Shown here: positions 51,745-64,000 of the stretch, in pieces | How positions within the stretch are numbered: position 1 is the stretch's first letter | How the letters are laid out: each line of letters opens with the position of its first letter | Source of the DNA: Negaprion brevirostris | Taxonomy: Eukaryota | Assembly (NCBI GenBank): GCA_030324005.1 | Contig: JARDVH010000130.1 | Location: forward strand, 34,726,009 to 34,790,008 | Length of the DNA stretch: 64,000 bases | Direction: 5' to 3' | Position numbers and translations under genes: made by a program | Notes under the pieces: model-generated | What the model was told of the DNA's origin: nothing | Database searches by the model: none | Seen by the model: the letters and a program-made list of their open reading frames with translations, nothing else

Positions 51745-52500
51745 AGACAAAAGAACAAAGAAGAAAAATTACAGTACTGGAACAGGCCCTTCACCCTCCA
51801 AACCTGTACCGACCATGCTGCCCGACTGAATTAAAACCCCCTACCCTTTTGGGGGCCATATCCCTCTATTCCCATCTTATTCATGTATTTGTCAAGACGC
51901 TCCTTAAAAGTCACTACGGTATCCGCTTCCACTACTCCCCCGACAGCGAGTTCCAGGCACCCATCACTCTCTGTATAAAAAACTTGCCTCGTACATCTCC
52001 TTTAAACCTTGCCCCTCACACCTTAAACCTGTGCCCCCTAGTAATNNNNNNNNNNNNNNNNNNNNNNNNNNNNNNNNNNNNNNNNNNNNNNNNNNNNNNN
52101 NNNNNNNNNNNNNNNNNNNNNNNNNNNNNNNNNNNNNNNNNNNNNNNNNNNNNNNNNNNNNNNNNNNNNNNNNNNNNNNNNNNNNNNNNNNNNNNNNNNN
52201 NNNNNNNNNNNNNNNNNNNNNNNNNNNNNNNNNNNNNNNNNNNNNNNNNNNNNNNNNNNNNNNNNNNNNNNNNNNNNNNNNNNNNNNNNNNNNNNNNNNN
52301 NNNNNNNNNNNNNNNNNNNNNNNNNNNNNNNNNNNNNNNNNNNNNNNNNNNNNNNNNNNNNNNNNNNNNTATTTCTTATGTTCTTATGTTTTTTAACTCT
52401 ATGACCCTCTTCATGAAGCCCAGGATGCCATATGCTTCATTAACTAGGCTCTCAACCTGTCCTGCCACCTAAAATGATTCATGTGCATGTATACCCTGGT
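51745..52500 (-). mobile_element. CR1-like LINE 3' end spanning a gap
   Basis: acaaaagaacaaagaa...aacaggcccttc.ccctccaa...gagttccaggcacccatcactctctgtataaaaaacttgcctcg. Confidence 0.85.
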
Positions 52501-52829
52501 CCCTCTACTCCTACAATTATATTACATCTTTAATTTCACAACATGTCCTAAGGAACTTTGCAGGCACATTTTCAAACAAAATCTGACACCAAGCCACATT
52601 AGATAAGATGTTAGATCAAGTAATCAACAACTTGGTCAAAGAGGTAGGTTTTGAAGAGGACAGGTAGAAATGTGATGAGGTTTAGGCAGCTGAAAACAGT
52701 CGTCAATGGTGGAAGAATCAAATTCTGGGACACAGAGACCATGCATGCTTAAACAGATAGTGTTGCCATGGGAACTCCCCTCTGGATCCAGCTCTTACCA
52801 ACATCTATGTTTTCGTGAGAAACATACAT

Positions 52830-53070
52830 TAAATGGAACATTTCCCCTTAGCAGAGGGGTCAATAACCGGTGGGTATACATTTAAGGTAAGGGGCAAGAG
52901 ACTTGGAGGAGACTTGAGGAAGAAGTTTTCATCCAGAAGGTGGTGGAAATCTAGAATTCCCTGCCTGAAAGGTGATATAGGTGGGAACCCTCAATGTCTA
53001 AGAAGCATTTGGATGAACATTTGAAACACCATAGCATACAACTATTTGGACCAAGTGCTGGAAAATGAAA
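52830..53070 (+). mobile_element. CR1-like LINE 3' fragment
   Basis: FPLAEGSITGGYTFKVRGKRLGGDLRKKF from ORF 52833. Confidence 0.8.
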
Positions 53071-53719
53071 GAAGAATCAACCAACTGTTCCCTAGTCCTC
53101 CATGGCAATGCCTCTACCAGAGTCCACTTGCCAAGCAATCAGCATCCTCTTCTCAGGCAGTATAAATGCTGTTCCCTCTGAAATTCAGTATTCTTGCAAA
53201 TCTGTCCCTATATGTGCAAGATGAAAAGCTTCAACTGCATGTCTCTTTGCTCAGCAAAACTAAGCAAATGGATACATATTACTTGAACCGCCAAATCTTA
53301 TTGTGTAGCTTCAATAAAGTGCTAAAAAGCTGACAGAGGTTATTACAACAGACGTGAAAACGCCATTGTTTAATGAACTATAGCCTTCTTTTTTTCAACA
53401 CAGGTATTATTTTGTGAACAGGATAAGTGTATGTTCTCCTTAGAAAAAAAGATTAAGAACAAATCTGACAGAAGTGTTCAACCTCGTGAAGGGTCGAGAG
53501 AGAATGCATAGAGAAAACTGTTCACAAAATCAGGAACTAGAGGTACAGGTATAAAGTAATTGGGAAAAGAACGAAAGACATCATGACGAAAACTTTTTTT
53601 CCAAACTCAATGCATAATTACAATCTGGAATGGACTTCCTGAAAGAATGGCAGAGGCAGGTTCAATCATAGCTGTCAAAGGGAATCGGATAAACACCTGA
53701 AGGGAAAGGAATCTCTAAA

Positions 53720-53960
53720 CTGTCTGTGCTTTATATGCTCTGTCTGAGGCCAGAACTCTCCATTCACCTGACGAAGAGGGTGACCNNNNNNNNNNNNNNN
53801 NNNNNNNNNNNNNNNNNNNNNNNNNNNNNNNNNNNNNNNNNNNNNNNNNNNNNNNNNNNNNNNNNNNNNNNNNNNNNNNNNNNNNGTGACCCCTCGAAAG
53901 CTTGTGGGTTTATTATCAAATAAATCGGTTGGACTAAAACCTGGTGTTGTCAGACTTTTT
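53720..53960 (+). mobile_element. Penelope-like terminal repeat carrying a candidate minimal hammerhead ribozyme (split by an N gap)
   Basis: cattcac-CTGACGA-a-gaggg-tgac[gap; gtgacc duplicated on both sides]ccctc-GAAA-gc-tt-gtgggtt, then aaataaatcggttggactaaaacctggtgttgtcagactt. Confidence 0.6.
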
Positions 53961-53964
53961 AAAA

Positions 53965-54260
53965 TGGCAGTATGCAGGGAGGGTGGTTATATACTGGATT
54001 TTCAACTTCTGGGTTCCCATGTTCAAATTCAACCTTAACTGATTTTTATCTGTTTCTCAAAGGTCCAATGTGAATTAAATTTGGCCAGTTTCAACTTTGT
54101 TCCTCGTGGGTAGGTCTCCACTACCAGTTAGTTAACGTGGCACTATTGAGCAAACTCAAGGATGCAACAAATGTTACACGTGTGCAGCAGGAGTACTTGA
54201 GAGATTAGAGCTGAGGCACATTTCAGGGGCAGAATTCTGCAAGCTCTCCTTTAACTCTGG
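53965..54260 (+). mobile_element. LF-SINE-like ancient tRNA SINE
   Basis: B-box gttcaaattc; ccaatgtgaattaaatttgg..gtttcaactttgttcctcgtgggtaggtctccac and gctgaggcacatttcaggggcag resemble LF-SINE consensus blocks as I recall them. Confidence 0.5.
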
Positions 54261-55045
54261 CTGTGTTCTAAATGTCTTGGGAATTCTTCATGTTGGCACT
54301 GAGTGCCTGAAATACAGAGCTCCATTACCCAACCACAAACCACCCCCCGCAAACAAAAAATCAGTGAACTCTTTTCCATATGTATTTAACAGGAGGAGAG
54401 AGAAAATAGCATAAGACGGTTATTTTTGGAGCAACAGAACATTCCAAGCAGCTGGCATACAAAAATGAGTTTAAAGAGAACCATGAATTAGATTATTTAT
54501 TGAATGCCAAATATTTGTGCAAACAATTCATAGCAATTGTGCCTGACATTTTGTTAAAAGCTGTAAATGGGTAAAGACAGAAATAATGACTGTTATTAAG
54601 TTATTTGTGTACAAAGCCTGGAGCAGCTTGCAATCCTCATGATTACATCTTCTCTTCCTCACTCCACCATACTAACATTCGCATACAACTTTGTTCTAGG
54701 GGATCAGAAAAGGCTGTTACTGTCTCTTTACTCACTGGATGATTAATGATTACACGGTGAATGTGTCATCAATGATGGAGTGATTTTTTACTGGAAGCCG
54801 GCTATTCACAGAGTACACATTCGCTACGACCTTCCTCCACGCTCACATCTTCTAAAAAGTCCGCCCTAAAGAATAGTGGTGGCGTGTAGAANNNNNNNNN
54901 NNNNNNNNNNNNNNNNNNNNNNNNNNNNNNNNNNNNNNNNNNNNNNNNNNNNNNNNNNNNNNNNNNNNNNNNNNNNNNNNNNNNNNNNNNNAGTCCGCCC
55001 TAAAGAATCGGGGGGGCGTGTAGAAAGGGAGGGAGGGGTGTGGGT

Positions 55046-55047
<2 letters not shown>

Positions 55048-55104
<57 letters not shown>
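55048..55104. repeat. Compound (GT)n(AT)n microsatellite
   Basis: About 20 GT units followed directly by about 8 AT units. Confidence 0.97.
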
Positions 55105-55404
55105 GAATGTGTTGGATCAAGATAGAACCTTCACCGACAGCAGGTAGTCAACAAAAAAACAGATGGTGAAAGAAAACAGCGGAACCAGATAAGTCACCTT
55201 TCTTTTACCTGAGGGGGAATAAAGACCTAATTACAAGTAACTTGGACTGGACTTATCTGCCAGAACACATAGACGATCTACCATCAGGCAAACACTCATC
55301 ACCTCCTTAGCGCTCTACACGAGCCAAAACAAAAAGGATCCAAAAAACTCCAGCTAGGTACTGATGACATCATAGCATCAGATACTAATAGGCCATACTT
55401 TTTT

Positions 55405-55605
55405 AAAGTTAAAGCTTATTTTACTAGTCACAAGTAGGCTTGCATTAACAATGTAATGAAGTTACTGTGAAAATCCCCTAGTCNNNNNNNNNNCGGAGGA
55501 AACACACAGGAAGAATGTGCGAACTCTACTCAGTGACCCAAGCTGGGAATTGAACCCAGGTCCATGGCACTGAGAAGCAGCAGTGCTAACCACTGTGCTA
55601 ACGTG
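55405..55605 (-). mobile_element. V-SINE (gapped)
   Basis: gtcacaagtaggcttgcattaaca..gaagttactgtgaaatcccctagtc...gggaattgaacccagg...gcagcagtgctaaccactgtgc. Confidence 0.85.
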
Positions 55606-55811
55606 CACGCGACTTGCATATACTCTATGTTCCTAGCAGCAAAAATACACCAGCTCAGATCTTCATATCTAGTGTTTTAATACACAAATATTACATGACA
55701 ACAGGGAGGAAACGAGGAAGCTGCAGAGACTGACATTGTCAGGACAGATTTTAGTTATGTATAGTACCTTTTACACAAAGTGTACCCAATTTTATTGCAT
55801 CAAAAATTTTT

Positions 55812-56092
55812 TAAAGTTTATTTATTAGTCACAAATAAGGCTTACATTAATACAACAATGAAGCTACTGTAAAATTCCCCTAGTTGCCACACTCCGGTGT
55901 CTGTTCAGGTCAGCGCATCTAACCAGCCCGTCTTTCAGACCGTGGAAGGAAACTGGAACACCTGGAAGAAACCCACACAGACACGGGGAGAACGTGCAAA
56001 CACCACACAAGCGAGTGACCCGAGCCGAGAATTGAACCTGGATCCCTGGCACTGTGAAGCAGCAATGCTAACCACTATGCCACCATGCCTCC
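55812..56092 (-). mobile_element. Full V-SINE/HE1-like SINE
   Basis: Same structure as 38393-38670, in reverse orientation. Confidence 0.9.
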
Positions 56093-57574
56093 CTAGATTA
56101 TTAAATAACCCTCAATTAAAGAGGCAAGATTATCTTGCCCTGCTTCTCCTGTGGGCTGTCATGTAGAAGCTTCATTCTGTAATCATGTACCAACTATAAT
56201 TTCAATAACACTTTTGGGACAAGTGTACATTCTCATGTATAACTTTCACTTCAAGGAAAGGAGTTCAATTGCTCAATAACGTTATTGAGGGCTCCTGTGT
56301 AAAATTTGAAAAGAACTCCAAGGAGAGGACGCATAATAAATGCTGCTGAATTATAAAGCAATATTCCAATTCAGTTCTGCAGTAGACATCAAAAATTGTC
56401 AGCAAAGTTGGAATGTTTAATAAACAGATCTGCAGGCTATTTTAATGTCAGCAATCTCTCTTTACACTATGGTTTTAATGTATAATACACCAGGAACTGC
56501 ATGATAGATACAAAGAGAGAGGCAGCAAATTAAGCTGCTGTAAGATTGTTTTTCTGCAGAACTATGTACCTGAAGGTGTACTGCCCTTGCAGTTACAGTT
56601 TCACTGCATTTTGGAAAAATAATTACCCTGTTTACACAAGATTAGCTTTGCCAATGGAAGAGAAAATATAGATGAATTATACTATACAGGGCATACAGCA
56701 CTGCAGGAGATAGCTCTTACAGTTTCACTGATTACTCGATTTGCCCCTACCTTCACTTCCAATCTCTCTACCCCTTTATACAGCAGTTGTGACTGAGAAT
56801 GATAGAGTCTACCCCATTCGCTTGAGAATATACGATCAAAGAAAAATACAGGAGCAGAAATAAAATAGTCTGCACTTCACTAGATCATGTACTGAGGCAC
56901 TGAAAAATGCCCGGCATTTATGCTATCAGAAATGGAGAGCTGCAGGCTTCATACTGCAAACAAATTCAAACAGCGGGCAGGTCATCAGCAAGGTAACATG
57001 CAGAAGCTATGTACAGGATTAGGAGGGGCACTTTTTCCTTCAAAAACAAATCTGAAGTTTTATTCCAAGCAGCTCTAAGTAGTCTGAAACAAGCAACACA
57101 AGCGGCTACTACTCTAAGGTTCAAAACACGTCATCAGCCTTTTGGGAACAGAGATACAAGTGATATAAAAGCAAATTACTGTAGATGTTGGAACTTGAAA
57201 CAAAAACAAAATGCTGGAAAAATCTCAGCAGGTCTGACAGCATCTGTGGAGAAAGAACAGGGCCACCATTTCAATTCTGGAACTCTTAGTCAGAGCTAAA
57301 GAAAACAGGAAATTTTAAGTTGGGAATAAATTATGCACAAGAACGGCTTGCAGAAACACACTCAATTATGTCACAGTTGTACTCTCTTCAGCAGAAGTTC
57401 TCCTGGTCCAATGCGACGTCAGGTTAACTTTGCTTTTGCATCAACAGCGCTTGAATTAAGGACAACTCTGGGTCAGTCCTGAGCATTTATATTATAAATC
57501 CAGTTTCCTAATGCGACTGTACCAGTGAGCCTATGCAAAAGCAGAGTCTGTCACTGAGATAAGACAACCATGTT

Positions 57575-57855
57575 TCATAGAGCAGCGCAGGAGGCCTTCA
57601 TTTGGTCCATCAAGCCTGCATCACAACAATCCCACCCAGGCCCTATCCCCGTAACCTCACATATTTACTCTGCTAATCCCCAATACTGAGGGGCAATTTA
57701 TTATGGCCAATCAACTTAACTTGGAGTGTGGGAGGAAACCAGCACCCGGAGGAAACCCATACAGACATAGGGAGAATGTGCAAACTCCACAAAGGCAGAA
57801 ACCCAAGACCAGAATTGAACCTGAGTCCCTGACACTGTGAGGCAACTGTGCTGCA
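57575..57855 (-). mobile_element. V-SINE with CR1-type tail
   Basis: gggcaattta..atggccaatcaac...gtgggaggaaaccagcacccggaggaaaccca...gaattgaacctgagtccctgacactgtgaggca. Confidence 0.85.
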
Positions 57856-58747
57856 TTTTGCAAGACAAAATGGCAGAAAGAACATGAAGGCTGGCCTCCC
57901 AGAATTTCAATTAAAACTGCATCAACATAAAAAGCAGTTTAAGTTTTCAAACAAACTTTAATCACCAGTTGACTTCCTGTTTTTAAAGAAAGTACAGCAT
58001 TTTGTTCCGGTTTAGTTTTATGTCGATGAAGTCAAACCACCAAGCAAGGCAGAGAGCAGCTTGGTTTGTACTGCTGATTGTATATACATTACGTTAATAG
58101 ACTTATTTATTAGCAACATTATTAGAGTCTAAGAGTTATTAGAACCTCATTAGTGAGGTACAATTAGAAAAGAAAATCAAGCTGCTTCACTCAAGCATTC
58201 ATACAAAAACCCGCTTAATCACCTTCATTATCGAACTCTACTCCCCGCTGCCTCCATTTAATTGGAATTTTACCATTTTAACAGGATTTGCATTGGCACA
58301 GTTGGTATTGGCAAAGTTAATTGACACTGCTTATGATCTGAGAGAACAGAGTCTGTTGTCCTGAGGGCCACAAATAAATAGGCCCAAGACATACTTTTCA
58401 CTATGCACAAAAGCAGAGCAAATTGTTTGAACAACTCCAATTACGAATACTGTAAATCACTTTATACTCAACATTTCCTTCATGTAGAGTTGAACAATTG
58501 AGATTCCCAACAATTCCGAGCCTTCCATGAACATGCCGGTGTTTATGTCTAATCAAAACCTGCTAGACAGCTATTAGGGTTGGCATATGTGCACTGAAAA
58601 TAAAGGAGAATGACTGTTTCTGCCACAAGATACAAGCAAGACTGGGAGTTTCATGACAAAGAAAATCTATAGCAGTGCCTTTGTCACCAACTGTGATTAG
58701 GGCTCCATAACAGTGACAGAAATTGGCCAGTACCCTTAATAAATAAA

Positions 58748-58955
58748 CAGTGCAGAAGGAGGCCAATCAGCCTACCAAGTCTGCACTGGCCACAATCCCA
58801 CCCAGACCATCCCCATAACTCCAGGTATTTACCCTAGCTCATCACCTTAGGGGACAAGTTAGCATGGTCAATCCACCTGACCTGCACATCTTTGGACTGT
58901 GGGAGGAAACCAGAGCACCCGGAGAAAACCCATGCAGACACAGAGAAAATGTGAA
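58748..58955 (-). mobile_element. V-SINE 3' part, followed by a SacSINE-like head at ~58990-59185
   Basis: acctgcacatctttggactgtgggaggaaaccagagcacccggagaaaacccatgcagacac; then cctcagtttaacgtttcatctgaaa...gtgctcaagt...ttacccactaagctaagg. Confidence 0.8.
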
Positions 58956-59444
58956 ATGTGCTAATCAATCTCGTTGAGGAAAGATAATTTCCCTGCTCTT
59001 TTTCATAATGTTGTGGGATCTTATACAACTTGCTCAAAGGAGAGGCAAGACCTCAGTTTAACGTTTCATCTGAAAAACAGCATCTCTGCTAGCACAGCAC
59101 TGCATTGAAGTGTCTATTTAGTTACGTGCTCAAGTTTCTAAACCCCAAACTTCTAACTCAATATTACCCACTAAGCTAAGGCACATTTTATTTGCTATTG
59201 AGTTTATTCTGGCACATTGTTTTAAACAGTGGAGGATGCTTCTCTGAGAATAAGAGGTAGTAACAAAGCTTAACCAGCCTCCTCATTCTAACAGCCCAAT
59301 TTAAATAACTTATCCAACATTCAACTACAAGATGACAATTTATTCCCTCTTCAAATAATTTCACCCTTCCATGTCATCAGAATCAAGAATTCTAAAAAAT
59401 TAGAGGTCAAATTCAGGGCCATGCACTTGAGGGTTAAACACTCA

Positions 59445-59965
59445 AACTTGATTTGTCACATGTATTCTATACAGAAAGCATAGTGTACATAGAGAAGGAA
59501 AAGAGAGGGTGCAGACTAGTGTTACAGTCACAGCTGGGGTGTAAAGAAAGATCAACTTAATGCAAGGTAGGTATATTCAAAAGTTTGATGGCAGCAGGGA
59601 AGAAGCTGTTTGAGTCACTTGGTACATGACCTCAGACTTTTGTATCATTTTCCCGAAGGAAGAAGGCGGAAGACAGAATGTCCAGGATGAGTGAGGTCCT
59701 TAATTATGCTGGCTGCTTTGCCGAGGCAGCGGGAAGNNNNNNAGTCAATGGATGGGAGGCTGGTTTGCATGATGGATTGGGCTACATTCACGACCTTTTG
59801 TAGTTCCTTGCAGTCTTGGGCAGACCAGGAGCTATGCCAAGCTTGATACAACCAGAAAGAATGCTTTCTATGGTGCATCTGTAAAAGTAATGAGAGTCAT
59901 AGCTGACATGCCAAATTTCCTTAGTCTTCTGAGAAACTATAGTGTTGGCATGGGGGGGACCAGGA
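59445..59965 (-). mobile_element. Rex1/Babar-like LINE 3' end
   Basis: ORF 59645-59878 ..SAQDCKELQKVVNVAQSI..LPSI...SRCLGKAASIIKDLTHPGHSVFRLLPSGK is the typical Rex/Babar ORF C-terminus. Confidence 0.85.
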
Positions 59966-62534
59966 CATAAAGAAATACAGAACTTTCAGTGTTTTTTTTT
60001 AAGAAAATCAAAATCTAAAGCTTAAACTGGCAAAGAATGATGCACAACTTATTTTAATTAACCATGACATATAAAATCAACATGCTGATTTCCATGGTGT
60101 TAGTGCTTTGAATAACTAACACACTGACTTCTAGTCTGCTTAGTGATTATGGTTACAGTGAAACAGTGCATCTGTTTGAATTAAATACAATTCTTAAGCT
60201 CAATTATTCCAAGTTAAAGTAACTGCAGAGTATGATGAGTAGTGTAGTTCAGTAGTCTCCAGGGTTTGACTCAAAACTCAACACTGCCTGTTTGTAAGAA
60301 ATAATATTTGGGTGACTTGAAAACTTCCAGTCCACATACTAAAATTAACAATGAAGGTTCAAATCTTGTGCTACATGGGTATTTGCCATCTTATTGGGAC
60401 TGTATTTGATTGAAAAACAATGCAGAGACTGGATGGCATGAAAAAAGTTACCAAAAGGAGAAAAATATTATCTCAAATGTTAATATCTTTATCTCAACCA
60501 AGAGAAAAGACAGAAAGGCTAAGAGCTACAAAAATCTTCTGATTTCAAAACATAATCACAAATGGTTGGGTGATCTTTAAATCAAGAAATTTAAACATTC
60601 GAGTGAAATAATTTATTGCAGGAACAGAAAGGTTTGTTTTGTTGCTACATCCACCACTTTGAAGTGTTAATATCTTGAACTGAGAAAACACATTTGTATT
60701 TTTTCATTTTTGAAGCTGATACTTTCAAGACATTGTTTTAGGTACCTACTTCCTGACATAACTGCAATACAGCAGAAAACTTAGCATTTAAGCTTTTTGT
60801 TATATGGTCAACAACAAGGGCAGTTAAACAAATTTAAAGCCATTAAATTGAATGATCCTTTTGGTCAGACACACAAAGGAGCTATTACCATGTTAACAGA
60901 CTGGCACAAACGGCTCCCAATGTCCAGGAGCTGCATTCCAATTGGCGCTAAGCACACATTCCAGCTCTCTCCTCAGGTTTTGCATCAAATCTCATTACTA
61001 CATTTAAAAAAATTTATATTGCAAAACAGAAAACTTCTGGGAGGAGGAATGCAAATTATACCAACATGATCCAAGATTCATACAGCTTTACTATCTTAGT
61101 GAAGCAGCTCAGATAATTAGAAGATTTATGCTACACAGCATTACATGCAGGGAAAAGCTATGAGTAACGAGTGATGTTTGCACTGCATTTCATCGTGCAA
61201 ACATCACTAAAATAATTATATTCATTAGAAGTAATATTCCATCCACACGCTCGATTTGGATATAGACAATGCAATAGCAGTAAATAGTGAATGGCACAAA
61301 TTGTCGTTTTAAGAAAAATGCATTCATCACAAAACAAACACAAGGCTAAATTTGTACATTTAGCTATCTCATGGTACTAGACAGAACTCATGCACAATTA
61401 ACCCATTCTGTTGACCTCTGCCCGGCAGCAGTGCAGTTTCGGTCAGAGGCATCTAGAGCATGCAACCCCACCTCCGCTCTACTACAAAGAAGTAGAGCAA
61501 GGAGTGGGAATCAGAAGGCTCTGCACCAGACTGTTGCACACCACTTAACTTAAAATAAGCATCAGCACAAGCCGAGAGAAGGCTACTCACCTATCTCAAA
61601 CACAAGGAAGGGAGAGCGGGGGGTAGGCAATTAACGTACAATGGTGAAACCCAGATTTATAGCCTCAGCTCCAGTGCTTTCACTCAATTTGATTTGGGAG
61701 AGGGGCATTAATATGTTTAAATTCACATTTGGTTCAATTGCTACGTAATCAGTGCATTCGAAAAACTATACAGTTACTGATGTTGTGTCAGTGCTTACTT
61801 GTTCTATCATTCCTTAAATTCTAACATTGTAGATTAAAACAGACATTCTGGAAGGTTCTCCTACACTGATGTAAATTCAGGTCAGGAAGGAGCATGCACA
61901 ACATTTATTCCAAATCATGAGTTTCATTTAAAAAAAATTGAGGTTGAGGCAATAGATGTGATTTCTTTCTGTAGTTCATTTGCTGCTGTCATCTATATGA
62001 ACAAGATGAACTGGTGACAGCACACAACAAAATTTCACTTAACGGTTCAATTCACGCTTTTTAGTGTCTCAAGCTTCAAGCCCAACAACACACCTACAAT
62101 TTTCATTCACTAACCTTCCCAATGCCAGAAACACAAAGGTGCAGAATTGGATAAAACAGACAGGAATTGTTCCAATTGCTTCCACCAGCATATACAATGA
62201 AACAGAGCTTCAAATCCCTGACCGGTCAGTGTCTTTACCAAGCAAGTGGAAAGACATTCACCAGTTCTGCAAATCAAGTTCTCACTTCCTTCCCAAGGCC
62301 GGTCAGAAAAGCATTAGAATGCTATTAGGTTAATGTTTTAAGCAGGTCTGCAAGCAAACAGCCCTTAGTACCTTAATGTAGTTGGCATGCTTCCTGGTGG
62401 TACATCTTTCCCTGTCACCATTTGTCCTAACTATATTGTTAAACAAATGGAATCCTTAAACTAATTTTTTAAAATCATCTGAAGGGCACTTCAATAAATG
62501 TACACTCCCAAAAAAAAATTCCAGCAACGGAGGC

Positions 62535-63360
62535 ATTTTACGTTTATAATCTAAGCATTCCACAGCACTTCAAGAGTGAGATGGGAAACCAAGGAAGAGA
62601 AATTAGGATAAGTGAGCCCAAGTTGGCAGAAGAGATTGGCTAAAGAAGGGGAGGCTAGGGTTTGAGCAAGTTCCTTAGAGGAAATTCTACAGCATAAGCT
62701 TTGAGTACGTGAAATGGTCACCAACAGAGGGAGGAAAATGATATACAAACTTTTGAAGTCAACTGGAGAAAGAGTTCTGACAAAGCTAATTGAAGAAAAG
62801 GAATTTGGAAAGTAGGGAAGGAGAAAGACTGAAAGAGATTCAAATACAACAGAGGGAATTTTAAATTTAAAACATTTGGGACTGGCATGATTGCAGGTTA
62901 GCAAGGAGAGGAATGTGGGACTCGCTGTATAATCAGACATAGTTAAAGGCACTTCGATGATCCAAATTCAAAGCGAATAGAGGATCAGAAGTCAGCCAGG
63001 AAAGTACTGGAAAAATAAAGTCTGGAGGAGACATAGATATGGATGACTGTTAGAGCTAAAATTGGAACAGTCAATACAAAAGGTGATGGCAGGTGGTTTT
63101 TCCACTCAGGGTCAAACAGTGGAGTTCAGGAATAGACAATGGTCAATAGGTCACACCGTCCAACAACACAGAAGCCGAGGCAGTGAACGAGGAGAACTGA
63201 GATTATGCTTGTAACACTGACAAGCTGATCCCAAGTTTGCAATGAAGTCACCATGGCAGCTTGTAGCTGAGATTGAGAAGGCCATGGTGAAGGGAAAACT
63301 GCTTAGGAGGCTCTGGTGGTGAAAAGAATCCATCACTAGATATGTTTAGACTAAGACTTA
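62535..63360 (-). mobile_element. Old L2-like LINE 3' region (related short pieces at ~5410-5600, 42130-42570, 52530-52730)
   Basis: Purine-rich plus strand with gagggaattttaaattt..., caagcacttc/caaagcgc-type tail; the minus-strand relic HASPKCFKFKI resembles the L2 W.P...RI.FKI motif. Confidence 0.55.
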
Positions 63361-64000
63361 AAAGGGAGACATACTTGCAACTGTAAAGCTGCTAAGCAAT
63401 ATTAAACAGGTGATAGGCACTCACTTGAAAAGTAAGGGGATTAAGGATTTATGAAGGAGAGTTTGTAGGATAGCTACTGTAGCTAACATGATGGTAGAAT
63501 AAGCATAGTGCCCCGATCTTAAAATTACAAACTCCTCCAGTCGGCCAAATATCTGATCCACTATATCACATTTATTAAACCATTTCATCATCAAGCACAA
63601 GTCTAAGCAATTACATTAAAGTAATATCCATGACTAAACATGGATTTACTTGGATAGTTACAACTTTAGAGGCAACTGCACAAGGCATTATTGATAATTG
63701 AGTATCATGAGTTGGAACGAATTCTGATAGAAAGTAGCTATTTTATGTCTGTCATATCCTGGAAGTACAGGTGACTGTCCAGGAATACTCCAATGGTCCT
63801 GAGTGATGCTCAGATTTCCAACAACTTAAAAAACTTCTAGTGCACAACTGCAAAAGCAGTCATCAATAACCTGATGATTGGCAATGACTATTCTATTCTT
63901 GGAATGTCAAAAAGCTTTGCAAGATATCACACAACAGACTATTTAAGCTACAGCCCCATGGTCAGATGTTGGGTTGGGTATGGTTTTGGCAAATCTTATC

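Noticed and set aside
51849-52472. Longest listed ORFs (207 aa here; also 11346-11900 and 25512-25964)
   Set aside because: Their length comes from runs of N; the real residues are CR1 or SINE sequence.
1-64000. Prokaryote-style systems (CRISPR arrays, operons, defence islands) or a nested gene such as LRRC4
   Set aside because: This is eukaryotic intronic DNA with no regularly spaced repeats and no long intact ORF. No leucine-rich-repeat coding sequence is present in this window.

Overview
This is AT-rich, repeat-dense vertebrate genomic DNA from a gapped scaffold. The repeat content (V-SINE/HE1-like and Deu/SacSINE-like tRNA SINEs, abundant CR1/HER1-like LINE pieces) points to a cartilaginous fish, probably a shark (inference from remembered repeat motifs). 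I can support only one host coding feature: an 87-bp phase-0 exon of SND1 (Tudor-SN/p100) on the minus strand at 43169-43255, encoding [29 protein letters not shown], which the ORF track misses. I could not find the neighbouring SND1 exons by eye, so the rest of the window is most likely two very long SND1 introns. These contain decayed CR1, L2-group, RTE and Rex/Babar LINEs, at least nine V-SINE copies, two Gypsy LTR elements with both LTRs still recognisable, a third Gypsy relic and solo LTRs. Almost every listed ORF is a transposon relic or noise. I see no evidence of a new multi-gene system. The most interesting signals are RNA-structural: a perfect 31-bp-arm hairpin and a ~60-bp-arm hairpin 1-2 kb into the intron after the exon, a minimal hammerhead-ribozyme core split by an assembly gap, several old palindromic elements, an LF-SINE-like copy, and an unclassified 2-kb insert with reversed strand composition. 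Repeat boundaries are approximate (eye alignment only).
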